A DNA stretch of 64,000 nt from an uncultured Roseovarius sp. (GTDB lineage Bacteria > Pseudomonadota > Alphaproteobacteria > Rhodobacterales > Rhodobacteraceae), in contig CANMFU010000004.1 of assembly GCA_947497295.1 (NCBI GenBank), forward strand, positions 25,916-89,915. Reading direction: 5' to 3'. The translations under genes and the position numbers were made by a program. The notes beneath the pieces were generated by a model. The model was not told where the DNA came from. It saw only the letters and a list, made by a program, of their open reading frames with translations, and searched no databases. Of this stretch, positions 21,923 through 31,691 are shown in pieces. The number at the start of each line of letters is the position of its first letter. Position 1 is the first letter of the stretch.

Positions 21923-22675
21923 TCACGCCCAGATCGGCAGACCGGTGAGCACGGCCAATGCGATGACCGCCATCGCCGCGCGGCGGTATAAACGCTCATA
22001 TGCCGGATGAAACATGGCCTGCCCCGCGATCATACTGAGGAAATAGGGCACTGCCATTACCGCGCCCAGAAACAGGATCGAAATATCGGTAAAACCGCGC
22101 AGCAGAAGGTTGGCTGCGATCACCAGATCAAGGGCGCCCAGAAACAGGATCGTGTTGGCACGCACCGTTTGCGCCGCCCGCCCGCCTGCGAGGTAGAACA
22201 GCACCACGACCGGTCCGGTCAGCCCGGTCATGCCGCCCAGAAATCCCGCAGCGGCGCCTATCGCCAGCACCATGGGAAAGGTAATTCTGCGTCTAAAATG
22301 CCAGCCCGAGATCAGCGCGATCAGCGTGCCACCTGCGAAAATAGCGACGATCCAGCGCACCGCAATCGCATCCAGCGCCTCCATCACCATAAGTCCCAAG
22401 GGAACAGTGGGCAGCGCGGCAAGGACAAGCAGGCCAACCTGACTGCGATCAGCGTGATTCCACGCGCGTGGCACCAGCGCGGCAATACTGGCAACCTCGA
22501 CCAATGCAATGATCGCGATGACATGGACCGGCGGCAAAAAGATCCCCGCCACCGGTACGAATATCAGGGCCGACCCGAAGCCGGTGAACCCGCGTACGAC
22601 CCCAGCCACCGCAAGTGTTCCGGCCAGCCACCAGAAACCCGGCAGCGCCAACGCCGCCAGGGCGGCGTCAGGCAT
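21923..22675 (-). CDS. TauE/SafE (TSUP) family membrane protein
   Basis: AGVVRGFTGFGSALI repeated as GFLGGMTGLTGP; hydrophobic throughout. Confidence 0.85.
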   Translation of the reverse strand: MPDAALAALALPGFWWLAGTLAVAGVVRGFTGFGSALIFVPVAGIFLPPVHVIAIIALVEVASIAALVPRAWNHADRSQVGLLVLAALPTVPLGLMVMEALDAIAVRWIVAIFAGGTLIALISGWHFRRRITFPMVLAIGAAAGFLGGMTGLTGPVVVLFYLAGGRAAQTVRANTILFLGALDLVIAANLLLRGFTDISILFLGAVMAVPYFLSMIAGQAMFHPAYERLYRRAAMAVIALAVLTGLPIWA

Positions 22676-25301
22676 CGACGTTTGCGAATTGGGTCCCTGC
22701 GTTGGAATCCGGCTTGTTCCAGTCGCGCTTTACACCCATCCACAGCAGGCAGGTCGATGCCACGAAGATCGAACTATACGTTCCCACGACGATGCCCCAC
22801 ATCATGGCAAAGACAAAGCCGCGGATGACATCCCCGCCAAGGAAGTAAAGCGCCAGAAGCGCCAGCATGGTGGTAAAGGACGTCATGATCGTGCGGCTGA
22901 GCGTTTCGTTGATCGACAGGTTCAGCACCTCGGCCAGCGGCATCGTCTTGTATTTGCGCAGGTTTTCGCGAACACGATCAAACACGATGACCGTATCGTT
23001 CAGCGAATAGCCGACAATCGTCAAAAGCGCCGCGATGGTCGCCAGATCGAACTGCAACTGAACCTCGGAAAAGACGCCGATGGTCAGGATCACGTCATGC
23101 ACCAAGGCCACGACCGCGCCGACCGCGAATTGCCATTCGAAACGCAGCCAAATGTAGATCAGCACCGCTGCCATGGCCAGAATCACCGCTATGGCCGCCG
23201 TCATTATCAACTCGCCCGACACCTTCGGCCCAACGCTTTCGACCGATTTGAATTCGATGTCCGGCACGGCCAACTTCAGCGCGGCCTCGACAGCAGCGAT
23301 GGTTTCGGGCGTCACCGATTCGACATCCCCCTGCGCCTGAATACGGATCATCGACACGTTTTCATCTGGCCCAAACGTGGGATCGAATACTTCGGTGATG
23401 CTAATATCGCCCAGCCCCAGATCCTGCATCGCGCCGCGATAGTCGCCAATATCGACGGTTTGCGCGCTTTGGGTGCGGATCGTCGTGCCGCCCTTGAAAT
23501 CAATGCCGAAATTCAGCCCTTGCGCAAAGAACGACGCACCTGCGACGACGATCAGCAGGACCGAGACGCCGATGGACAGCTTCCAGCGGCGGAAGAAATT
23601 CACGCTTGTTTCCTGCTTGACTAGCTTGAGGTATCTGCCCTGCAACACCGTCTTGGGGCGCTTGCGCTCGAACCACATGACGGTGATCAGGCGGGTGACA
23701 AAGATGGCGGTAAATACCGAAGTCAGGATACCAAGGCCCAATGTGATCGCAAAACCGCGCACGGGTCCGCTGCCCATCGCAAAGAGGATCACGGCCGTAA
23801 TCAGCGTGGTGATGTTGGCGTCCACGATCGCGCTCAGCGCCTTTTCATAGCCGAGCTCAATAGCACGGGCCGCGCCCCTCGCCGTCTTCATTTCTTCGCG
23901 GATACGCTCGAAAATCAGAACGTTAGCGTCCACCGCCATACCGATGGTCAGTACGATACCGGCAATACCCGGCAGCGTCAGCGTGGCGCCGATCAGGCTG
24001 AGCAGGCCGAACACCATGGCCACGTTGACGATCAATGCGATGTTCGCAAACAGGCCAAACAGGCCATAGCTGGCGAACATGAACACCAGCACCAACGCAA
24101 AGGCGACGATGCTGGCCACTTTGCCCGCCTCAATGCTGTCAGCGCCCAGTTCGGGGCCGATTGTGCGCTCTTCAAGGAATTCCAGACCCGCAGGCAGGGC
24201 ACCGGCACGCAAAAGCACGGCAAGGTTCGTGCTTTCCTCGACGCTGAAACGACCGGTGATGATGCCCGATCCACCGGGGATATGGCTCTGGATCGTTGGG
24301 GCGCTGATCACCTCGTTATCCAGCACGATGGCAAACGGACTACCGATATTGGCTGCCGTATAGTCGCCAAAGGCGCGTGCGCCTGTCGGGTTGAATCGGA
24401 AGGACACCGCCGGACGGCCGTTCTGGTCGAAATCGGGTTGCGCATCGACCAGTTCATCACCGGTGACGACCGGCGCGCGCTCCAGCACGTAGAACACGCC
24501 TTCCTCGTCCAGTGACGGAAGAATCTCATTTCCGGCACCGGCGCGCTCGTCCGCCGAGGATGTGCGGCCGACCACGGGCTGAAACGTCAGCTGGGCGGTG
24601 GTGCCGATAATGTCCTTCAGTTCGGTCGCGCTGCCGATGCCGGGAACCTGGATCAGGATGCGGTCGCTGCCCTGACGCTGGATCGTCGGCTCGCGGGTGC
24701 CGACCTCGTCGATGCGGCGGCGAATGATTTCCAGTGACTGGCGCACCGTGCGCTCATCCGTCGCGCGCTGCTCGGCCTCGGACAGGCGCACGACAATGCT
24801 GCCGCCGCGGGTCGTCACGTCGATATCGCTGGCGCCCGCACTTGTCAGGCTTGCGACAGGGCTGGCCAGAGTGCGCACCAGCTCTGCCGCGCGCGCCGCC
24901 TGTTCGGGACGCTCGTTCAGGCGCACCACCAGTTCGGGGCCGTCGGTCGGCTCCAGCCGTATCGTGCCGACCTCATCGCGTTTATCGCGCAGAAGATCGC
25001 GCACGGTGGGCCACATGCCCTCGATCCGGGACTGATAGACATCCGCAACCTTGACCTCGGCCAGAAGATGCGCGCCGCCGCGCAGATCGAGGCCCAGATT
25101 GACCAGGCCGCTGGGCATCCATGACGGCCAGTTGTCCAGCGCGTCCTGCACCTCAGCGGGGTCCGTACCCATCTCGACGGCCTTGACCGCGTCATTATGC
25201 GCCTCGACCCGACCGTAAAAGCCGTTCGGCAACGCCAAAAGGATGCCCAAGGCGACGACGGCCCAGATACAAATACGTTTCCACAGATCGATCTGAAGCA
25301 T
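22668..25301 (-). CDS. secDF: Fused protein translocase subunit SecD/SecF
   Basis: One 877-aa frame contains SecD motifs (LGLDLRGG, GMAVDANVLIFERIREE) and SecF motifs (NFGIDFKGG, GYSLNDTVIVFDRVREN). Confidence 0.95.
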   Translation of the reverse strand: MLQIDLWKRICIWAVVALGILLALPNGFYGRVEAHNDAVKAVEMGTDPAEVQDALDNWPSWMPSGLVNLGLDLRGGAHLLAEVKVADVYQSRIEGMWPTVRDLLRDKRDEVGTIRLEPTDGPELVVRLNERPEQAARAAELVRTLASPVASLTSAGASDIDVTTRGGSIVVRLSEAEQRATDERTVRQSLEIIRRRIDEVGTREPTIQRQGSDRILIQVPGIGSATELKDIIGTTAQLTFQPVVGRTSSADERAGAGNEILPSLDEEGVFYVLERAPVVTGDELVDAQPDFDQNGRPAVSFRFNPTGARAFGDYTAANIGSPFAIVLDNEVISAPTIQSHIPGGSGIITGRFSVEESTNLAVLLRAGALPAGLEFLEERTIGPELGADSIEAGKVASIVAFALVLVFMFASYGLFGLFANIALIVNVAMVFGLLSLIGATLTLPGIAGIVLTIGMAVDANVLIFERIREEMKTARGAARAIELGYEKALSAIVDANITTLITAVILFAMGSGPVRGFAITLGLGILTSVFTAIFVTRLITVMWFERKRPKTVLQGRYLKLVKQETSVNFFRRWKLSIGVSVLLIVVAGASFFAQGLNFGIDFKGGTTIRTQSAQTVDIGDYRGAMQDLGLGDISITEVFDPTFGPDENVSMIRIQAQGDVESVTPETIAAVEAALKLAVPDIEFKSVESVGPKVSGELIMTAAIAVILAMAAVLIYIWLRFEWQFAVGAVVALVHDVILTIGVFSEVQLQFDLATIAALLTIVGYSLNDTVIVFDRVRENLRKYKTMPLAEVLNLSINETLSRTIMTSFTTMLALLALYFLGGDVIRGFVFAMMWGIVVGTYSSIFVASTCLLWMGVKRDWNKPDSNAGTQFANVDA

Positions 25302-25353
25302 GTCGGCGCCTTTTGTGCAGTGCTGGCGTTATGTTAGGTGCGCAAGGCCCGGA

Positions 25354-25656
25354 TCAGGCCTTGGGGGTGTCAACCGCAGGCTCGGTCTTGGACACGACCT
25401 GCGCGATGGTTGATTTTACAACGCGCACCTTGATGTTTGCGGCCACTTCGACCTCAATCTCGTCGTCATCCTTGACCTTGGACACCTTGCCGATCAGGCC
25501 GCCTTGCGTGACTACCTGATCGCCGCGGCGCAGGTTTTCCACCATGGCACGATGCGCCTTGAGCTTGCGCTGCTGTGGGCGGATCAGAAGGAAATACATG
25601 ATCGCAAAGATCAGAATGAGGGGAATGAACTGCGCGAACGCGGATCCACCTTCCAT
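25354..25656 (-). CDS. yajC: Preprotein translocase subunit YajC
   Basis: IMYFLLIRPQQ...LRRGDQVVTQGGLIGKV. Confidence 0.97.
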   Translation of the reverse strand: MEGGSAFAQFIPLILIFAIMYFLLIRPQQRKLKAHRAMVENLRRGDQVVTQGGLIGKVSKVKDDDEIEVEVAANIKVRVVKSTIAQVVSKTEPAVDTPKA

Positions 25657-25869
25657 GTGGGATACTCCTGTTGACAGCGGGGCCGTTCCCGCGATTTTTG
25701 CGGAACCTAGGGGCGCGCCGCCCTATTTGCAAGGCGCGAAAATACGCGACAGGCGGCAGCTGTCGCACAGAACGGCGCGCATCTTGTGATCAAGCTCTGC
25801 GCGCTGTGCCTTTTGGTTGACCATGCTGGCTGCGACGTGTCTAGCCAGCCCCGGTTTCTGCGCCTGTTA

Positions 25870-26910
25870 TCAACGCATAAAGTCAATGCAAAGCCGCCCG
25901 GCTACCTCACCCGCCTTTAACGCATCCAGCGCGGCGTTCACATCGCCCAACCCGATGGACTGCACCTCCACGTTCAGCGGGCGCGCGGCGGCAAAGCCGA
26001 GAAAATCGGCCAGCTCCTGCCGACTGCCAACGGACGAGCCGAGCACGCGGTGCCCGCCATCAATCAGCCACATCATCGACAGCGGAATAGGATCATGAAC
26101 CGTGGCGATAAAAACGATCTCGCTCATCGGGTTAGCCGCCGTCTGGATTGTGTCCCAGACCGCCGGGCTGGGCGCGAAATTCAGGGTGACATCGGCGCCG
26201 CCCGCCTGCTGTATCGTCGCACCGGCGTCTGCCCCGGCTGGCACAATCACGTCGGCGCCCAGCCGTTTTGCGGTCTGCAACTTGGCCGGATCGCGGTCCA
26301 CGACCATGACATGCGCACCGCGTGCTTTGGCGATGAGGATCGCGTATTGGCCCAGACCCCCTGCCCCGAGGATCAGAACCTTTGTGCCCGCCTCTACCTG
26401 CGTTTTGCGCAACGCCGACCATGCCGTGAGGCCCGCACATAATAGCGGAGCGCCCTTCAGCGGATCGATACCATCCGGAATCTCCACAGCAAAATCGGCC
26501 GGGCACAGGGCATATTCGGCGAAGGCACCGTGTTTTTGCACCCCGCGTGCGGTGTTATCCGCGCACAGCACCTCATGGCCGGTCCGGCATGGTTTGCACG
26601 ACAGGCAAGTATCATAGATCCACGGCAGGCCAACGCGCGTTCCAAGCGGTGGTGCGTTTTTTGTACCGGGTCCGATTTGCACCACGCGGCCAATCCCTTC
26701 ATGGCCAAGGATCAGGGGATAAAGGGCGTCGGGCAAATTTTCCTGTCCATCGCGCAAATGCAGATCGGAATGGCAGACGCCGCATGTCTCCAGCCGCACC
26801 AGGACCTGCCCGGCGCCGGGGCTGGGCGTTGCCACCTCGCGAATTTCCAGCGGCGCGCCGGGGCCCGGACAGATGGCGGCCTGCATCGTAAGAGGGGGCG
26901 TTTCGGTCAT
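25870..26910 (-). CDS. Zinc-dependent alcohol dehydrogenase (MDR family)
   Basis: CGVCHSD, GHEGIG, structural Zn Cys cluster CLSCKPC...C, PLLCAG and GAGGLG. RBS GGAG before ATG 26910. Confidence 0.93.
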   Translation of the reverse strand: MTETPPLTMQAAICPGPGAPLEIREVATPSPGAGQVLVRLETCGVCHSDLHLRDGQENLPDALYPLILGHEGIGRVVQIGPGTKNAPPLGTRVGLPWIYDTCLSCKPCRTGHEVLCADNTARGVQKHGAFAEYALCPADFAVEIPDGIDPLKGAPLLCAGLTAWSALRKTQVEAGTKVLILGAGGLGQYAILIAKARGAHVMVVDRDPAKLQTAKRLGADVIVPAGADAGATIQQAGGADVTLNFAPSPAVWDTIQTAANPMSEIVFIATVHDPIPLSMMWLIDGGHRVLGSSVGSRQELADFLGFAAARPLNVEVQSIGLGDVNAALDALKAGEVAGRLCIDFMR

Positions 26911-27075
26911 GCGTGTTCTCCTGTGGTGGGGCCGATACCCAACCATGCTATGCTCTGGCCGATCTGAGCGAAAGGAGTGGATTGCCGCAACAAAAATCCG
27001 CCTCCGGATATACATATTTGCCGCGCAATGCCTTAACGTGCCGCACCAAAGCCCTTTGCGCCAGAGGAATCACCC

Positions 27076-28029
27076 ATGAGCAACGCGAACCAGTTCAATC
27101 AGCCGCTGGGCGGCAACGATATGCCCCGTTTTGCCGGTGCAGGCACCATGATGCGCCTGCCGCAGCAGGCAACTGCCGAAGGGCTGGACGCCTGTTTCGT
27201 CGGCATCCCGATGGATATCGGCACATCCAACCGCACCGGCACGCGCCACGGCCCTCGTGCAATCCGCGCCGAAAGCGCGATGATGCGGCCCTATAATATG
27301 GCCACCGGTGCCGGCCCGTTTGCCAAAATGCAGGTGGCCGATATTGGTGATGTGGCGATCAACACGTTCGATCTGAAAAAGACAGTCGATATTATCACTG
27401 CCGCCTATGACGAGATCCTGAAACATGACGTCGTGCCGCTGACGCTGGGCGGCGATCACACTCTCAGCTATCCGGTCCTGCGCAGCATTGCGAAAAAACA
27501 CGGGCCAGTTGCGCTGATCCACGTTGACGCCCATTCCGACACCAATGACGAGATGTTCGGCGAAAAGATCGCCCATGGCACACCGTTTCGCCGCGCGGTC
27601 GAGGAGGGTTTGCTGATCAATGACAAGGTGTTCCAGATCGGCCTGCGCGGCACCGGGTACGAGCCCGGCGATTTCGACTGGGGCCGCAGCCAAGGCTTTA
27701 CCGTCATTCAGGCCGAGGACTGCTGGCACAAGTCCCTGACGCCGCTGATGGAGCAGATCCGCAGCCAGATTGGTGGTGCGCCCTGCTATCTGACCTATGA
27801 TATCGACAGTCTGGACCCGTCGATCGCGCCCGGCACCGGCACGATGGAAATTGGCGGTTTGACCACCATTCAGGCGCTGGAAATCGTGCGCGGCTGCAAG
27901 GGGCTGAACCTTGTCGGTGGCGATCTGGTGGAGGTGTCACCGCAATATGACACGACCGGCGCAACCGCCATGATCGGCGCGAACCTGCTCTATGAAATGC
28001 TGTGCGTGCTGCCCAAGGTCTGGGTCTGA
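27076..28029 (+). CDS. gbuA: Ureohydrolase (agmatinase family), most similar by recall to guanidinobutyrase GbuA
   Basis: GGDH, DAHSD and YDIDSLDP metal ligands. QPLGGNDMPRF, FGEKIAHGTPFRRA and ANLLYEMLCVLP resemble Pseudomonas GbuA. The substrate is not proven. Confidence 0.75.
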   Translation: MSNANQFNQPLGGNDMPRFAGAGTMMRLPQQATAEGLDACFVGIPMDIGTSNRTGTRHGPRAIRAESAMMRPYNMATGAGPFAKMQVADIGDVAINTFDLKKTVDIITAAYDEILKHDVVPLTLGGDHTLSYPVLRSIAKKHGPVALIHVDAHSDTNDEMFGEKIAHGTPFRRAVEEGLLINDKVFQIGLRGTGYEPGDFDWGRSQGFTVIQAEDCWHKSLTPLMEQIRSQIGGAPCYLTYDIDSLDPSIAPGTGTMEIGGLTTIQALEIVRGCKGLNLVGGDLVEVSPQYDTTGATAMIGANLLYEMLCVLPKVWV

Positions 28030-28132
28030 TTTGCGCGCATTACGGCGGGGCGACAGATAGTTTTCTGCCCCGCCTGTTGCCTTGACGCGAAATGCCCTAC
28101 TTATCCCGGACCGAGGCAGGGACACCCGAACC

Positions 28133-28876
28133 ATGACGCAACAGCCCGTCATCGAGGCGCATCATATCTCCAAGCATTTCGATGGCTTTCAGGCGCTGAA
28201 CGACGTCAGCCTGACAGTCCATCATGGCGAGCGCGTGGTTGTGTGTGGCCCCTCCGGGTCCGGCAAATCGACACTGATCCGCTGCTTTAACGGGCTTGAG
28301 GCGTATGATGGCGGCACACTGATTGTCGAGGGGCGCGCGCTATCGGCAGATGCGCCGCATATCCGCCAGCTGCGCCAGGATGTCGGCATGGTGTTTCAAC
28401 AATTCAACCTGTTTCCGCATCTGAGCGTACTGGAAAACCTGACAATCGGCCCACGCCGCGTGCGCGGCCTGCCCCGGGCCAAGGCCGAAGCGCTGGCGCG
28501 CAAATATCTGGAGCGGGTGCGCATTCCCGAGCAGGCGGATAAACGCCCCGACCAGCTGTCGGGCGGCCAGCAACAGCGCGTCGCCATCGCCCGCGCGCTG
28601 TGCATGGAGCCGCGCGTGATGTTGTTTGACGAACCGACATCGGCGCTGGACCCTGAGATGATCGGCGAGGTGCTGGATGTCATGGTTGATCTGGCGGAAA
28701 GCGGCATGACCATGGTCGTCGTTACCCATGAGATGGGCTTTGCGCGCAAAGTGGCCGACCGCATGGTGTTCATGGAGGCGGGACGCATTGTGGAAATCTC
28801 GCCGCCCGAAATATTCTTTACCAACCCCGAAACAGACCGCGCGAAACTGTTTCTTAACCAGATTCTGGGGCATTGA
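28133..28876 (+). CDS. Polar amino-acid ABC transporter ATP-binding protein
   Basis: [24 protein letters not shown] and [11 protein letters not shown]. Confidence 0.95.
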   Translation: MTQQPVIEAHHISKHFDGFQALNDVSLTVHHGERVVVCGPSGSGKSTLIRCFNGLEAYDGGTLIVEGRALSADAPHIRQLRQDVGMVFQQFNLFPHLSVLENLTIGPRRVRGLPRAKAEALARKYLERVRIPEQADKRPDQLSGGQQQRVAIARALCMEPRVMLFDEPTSALDPEMIGEVLDVMVDLAESGMTMVVVTHEMGFARKVADRMVFMEAGRIVEISPPEIFFTNPETDRAKLFLNQILGH

Positions 28877-29664
28877 GACGCCTGCGCCGCATCCTGAACG
28901 TGCCGGTGGTTGCCGTCGCGCTCTATCTGGCGGCCATGGCGGGGATCGTCTGGGCGTCCTATGCGGGCGCGCAAGGCATGGGATATAACTGGCAATGGTA
29001 TCGCGTGCCGAAATATCTGTATACGCTGACCGAAGACGGTTTTCAGCCGGGCGAACTTCTGATCGGGCTGTGGGCGTCCGTACGGTTATCGGCGGCGGCC
29101 TTTGTGCTCGCCACTCTGCTAGGCGCGCTGATTGCGTCCCTGCGTCTGTCGGGGCTGATCGCGGGCAAGGGCGTCTCAGTGATCTACCTGGAACTGATCC
29201 GCAATATCCCGCTTCTGGTGCTGCTGTATCTGTTCTACTACGTCCTCGGTCCGATCTTCGAGCTGACCCGTTGGAGCGCGGCGATCCTGACGCTGGCTGT
29301 GTTTCATTCGGCGCTCATCTCCGAAATCTTCCGCGCCGGTATCAACTCGGTCGCGAACGGCCAGTGGGAGGCAGCGGACGCCATCGGCATGAGCCGCGCG
29401 CAGGCGCTGCTCTACATCATCTTTCCGCAATCGGTGCGCTTCATGTTACCCCCCCTGACCGGCGAGGCGGTGCATCTTATCAAATCCTCGGCCATCGTCA
29501 GCGTGATCGCCGTCGCAGAATTGACCACCGTGGGCCGCAACATTATCTCGGACACCTACATGAGTTTTGAGATCTGGTTTACCGTGGCCGCCGTATATCT
29601 TGTAGTGACCCTCATCCTGTCCTTCGGCGTCTCGGCGCTGGAGAGGCGGTTCAATCCCAACTGA
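28873..29664 (+). CDS. Polar amino-acid ABC transporter permease
   Basis: [12 protein letters not shown] and the EAA loop [11 protein letters not shown]. Confidence 0.93.
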   Translation: MRRLRRILNVPVVAVALYLAAMAGIVWASYAGAQGMGYNWQWYRVPKYLYTLTEDGFQPGELLIGLWASVRLSAAAFVLATLLGALIASLRLSGLIAGKGVSVIYLELIRNIPLLVLLYLFYYVLGPIFELTRWSAAILTLAVFHSALISEIFRAGINSVANGQWEAADAIGMSRAQALLYIIFPQSVRFMLPPLTGEAVHLIKSSAIVSVIAVAELTTVGRNIISDTYMSFEIWFTVAAVYLVVTLILSFGVSALERRFNPN

Positions 29665-29688
29665 TACGGATCTCAGGAGTTTTCCCCC

Positions 29689-30528
29689 ATGTCGACCACC
29701 CGTAGAAAGGCCCTGCTGCTGGGCCTGGCGTTTGCCGCGACCACTAGCACCATCGCGCAGCCCGCTTTGGCGCAATCTGCAACGCAATCGCTGTCGCAGG
29801 AATCCGTGATCGAAACGATCAAGCAGGACGGCGTTCTGCGCGTTGGCCTGTCGGTGTTCACCCCTTGGTCCATGCGCGACAAGAATGGCGAGCTGATCGG
29901 GTTCGAACTGGACGTGGGCCGCGCGCTGGCCGAGGACATGGGCGTCGATGTCGAATTCATCCCGACCGCGTGGGATGGCATCATCCCGCAGCTGGTTTCG
30001 GGCAATTTTGACGTGATCATTTCGGGCATGTCCATCACACCCGAACGCAACCTGACCGTCAATTTCAGCGATCCCTACGCATTTTCCGGCCAAACCATTC
30101 TGGCCAACAAGGAATTGACCGAAGGCTTCGCGCTGGAGGACTATAACAGCCCTGATGTCACCTTCTCGGCCCGCCGCGGCGCCACGCCCGCGACCGTGAT
30201 CGCGACGCTTTTCCCCGAGGCCAAGCTGCTGCTGTTTGATGAGGAAGCCGCCGGCGTTCAGGAGGTTCTGAACGGCAATGCCCATGCAACCATGTTCGCC
30301 GAGCCGTCACCGTCGATCGAGGCGCGCCGTTATCCTGAGAAGCTGCACGTTCCGTTCGACCGGACCTTCCTTGCCACCGGCGAAGGATTTGCGCTGCGCA
30401 AGGGAGATCCCGATGCGCTGAACTTCTTTAACAATTGGATCGCCACGCGCACTGCCTCCGGTTGGCTGAAAGAGCGTAACGATTACTGGTTCAAGGGCGA
30501 CGACTGGCAGTCCGAAGTCGCCGAATAA
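29689..30528 (+). CDS. Polar amino-acid ABC transporter substrate-binding protein (family 3)
   Basis: Tat-like signal (RRKALL), GELIGFELDV, AWDGIIP and SITPERNLTVNFSDPY. Confidence 0.93.
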   Translation: MSTTRRKALLLGLAFAATTSTIAQPALAQSATQSLSQESVIETIKQDGVLRVGLSVFTPWSMRDKNGELIGFELDVGRALAEDMGVDVEFIPTAWDGIIPQLVSGNFDVIISGMSITPERNLTVNFSDPYAFSGQTILANKELTEGFALEDYNSPDVTFSARRGATPATVIATLFPEAKLLLFDEEAAGVQEVLNGNAHATMFAEPSPSIEARRYPEKLHVPFDRTFLATGEGFALRKGDPDALNFFNNWIATRTASGWLKERNDYWFKGDDWQSEVAE

Positions 30529-30539
30529 GGCGACGCTTC

Positions 30540-31412
30540 GTGGCCTCTGTCCTGCGAAATCTGCGCTGGCCCGACCTGTTGATTCTCGCCGTTACAGCGG
30601 CGGGGATCGGCTATGTCGCGCTGACGGTTCAGGGTACGCTCAGCTATGAATGGCGCTGGCATCTGATCCCCGATTACTTCCTGCGCTGGCGCGAGGATCG
30701 GGGCGAATGGTTTGCCAACCTGCTACTTCAGGGCCTGTTCACCACCATCCGCATCAGTATCTACGCCAGCGTCCTTGCGCTGGTCTTGGGCGTGGCGTTG
30801 GGCATCGCGCGCTGCGCGCGGAACCTGACGGTACAGCTTCTGGCGCGTACCTACATGGAATTGCTGCGCAATATACCGCCTGTCGTCATCATCTTCATCT
30901 TCTTTTTCTTCCTGTCACAGCAACTGATCGACGCGCTCAACCTGAACGCATGGGCGCGCGGCATCGCACGCGGCGAAAACGCCGCCATCTGGGAATTCTT
31001 CTTCGGCGACATGCGTCGCTTTCCGTCGCTGATTTCAGGTGTCATCGTCCTGGCGCTATTCGAAAGCGCCTTTGTCGGTGAAATCGTCCGCGCTGGCATC
31101 CAATCAACGCCCAAGGGCCAGCGCGAAGCGGCGCGCGCCATCGGCATGGGCCCTGTGCAAGAGATGCGCCATATCGTCCTGCCGCAAGCGATGCGCAAGG
31201 TAACACCGCCCATGGCGAACCAATTCATCAGCCTTATCAAGGACAGCTCGATCATCTCGCTCATTTCTGTGCAGGATCTGACCTATAAAACGGTAGAGCT
31301 GGTCGCCTCTACCCGGCTGATATTCGAGGCTTGGATTACAACAGCAGCGCTGTATTTTCTGCTGTGCTTTGGTCTGTCGCTGGTGTTCAGGCGTTTGGAG
31401 CGCCGCCGCTGA
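30540..31412 (+). CDS. Polar amino-acid ABC transporter permease
   Basis: YMELLRNIPP, GQREAARAIGM and LIKDSS. Confidence 0.93.
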   Translation: MASVLRNLRWPDLLILAVTAAGIGYVALTVQGTLSYEWRWHLIPDYFLRWREDRGEWFANLLLQGLFTTIRISIYASVLALVLGVALGIARCARNLTVQLLARTYMELLRNIPPVVIIFIFFFFLSQQLIDALNLNAWARGIARGENAAIWEFFFGDMRRFPSLISGVIVLALFESAFVGEIVRAGIQSTPKGQREAARAIGMGPVQEMRHIVLPQAMRKVTPPMANQFISLIKDSSIISLISVQDLTYKTVELVASTRLIFEAWITTAALYFLLCFGLSLVFRRLERRR

Positions 31413-31485
31413 CGACGTCCGCGTAAAATTGCGGCAATAGTTCTTTAGTCACAAACGCAATGTGTGTGGCGATCCATTGAGTTAA

Positions 31486-31562
31486 TGGTGACCCCGATTG
31501 GATTCGAACCAATAACCTGCCCCTTAGGAGGGGGCTGCTCTATCCAGTTGAGCCACGGGGCC
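31486..31562 (-). tRNA. tRNA-Arg(CCT)
   Basis: Reverse complement GGCCCCG...CGGGGTC-A-CCA, anticodon arm GCCCC-CTCCTAA-GGGGC and TTCGAAT T-loop. Confidence 0.97.
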
Positions 31563-31650
31563 ACGGGCGCCTGAATAGCGTGGGCAGAGACGTTTGTCAT
31601 GCAGAATACACACCACAAGCTGATCGCGCAGGACGCTTGATCCGGCGGCG

Positions 31651-31666
31651 ATGTTCGCGGTAACAT
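31651..31666. promoter_or_regulatory. Candidate GntR(LacI-family)-type operator
   Basis: ATGTTC-GCGG-TAACAT resembles the gluconate GntR box ATGTTA-N4-TAACAT and lies 25 bp upstream of the LacI gene. Confidence 0.55.
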
Positions 31667-31691
31667 CTGAAAAAATCAGCAGGACTCGCAA

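Noticed and set aside
26911-27075. Guanidine riboswitch upstream of the GbuA-like gene
   Set aside because: No ykkC core motifs and no paired ACGR-loop hairpins were seen.
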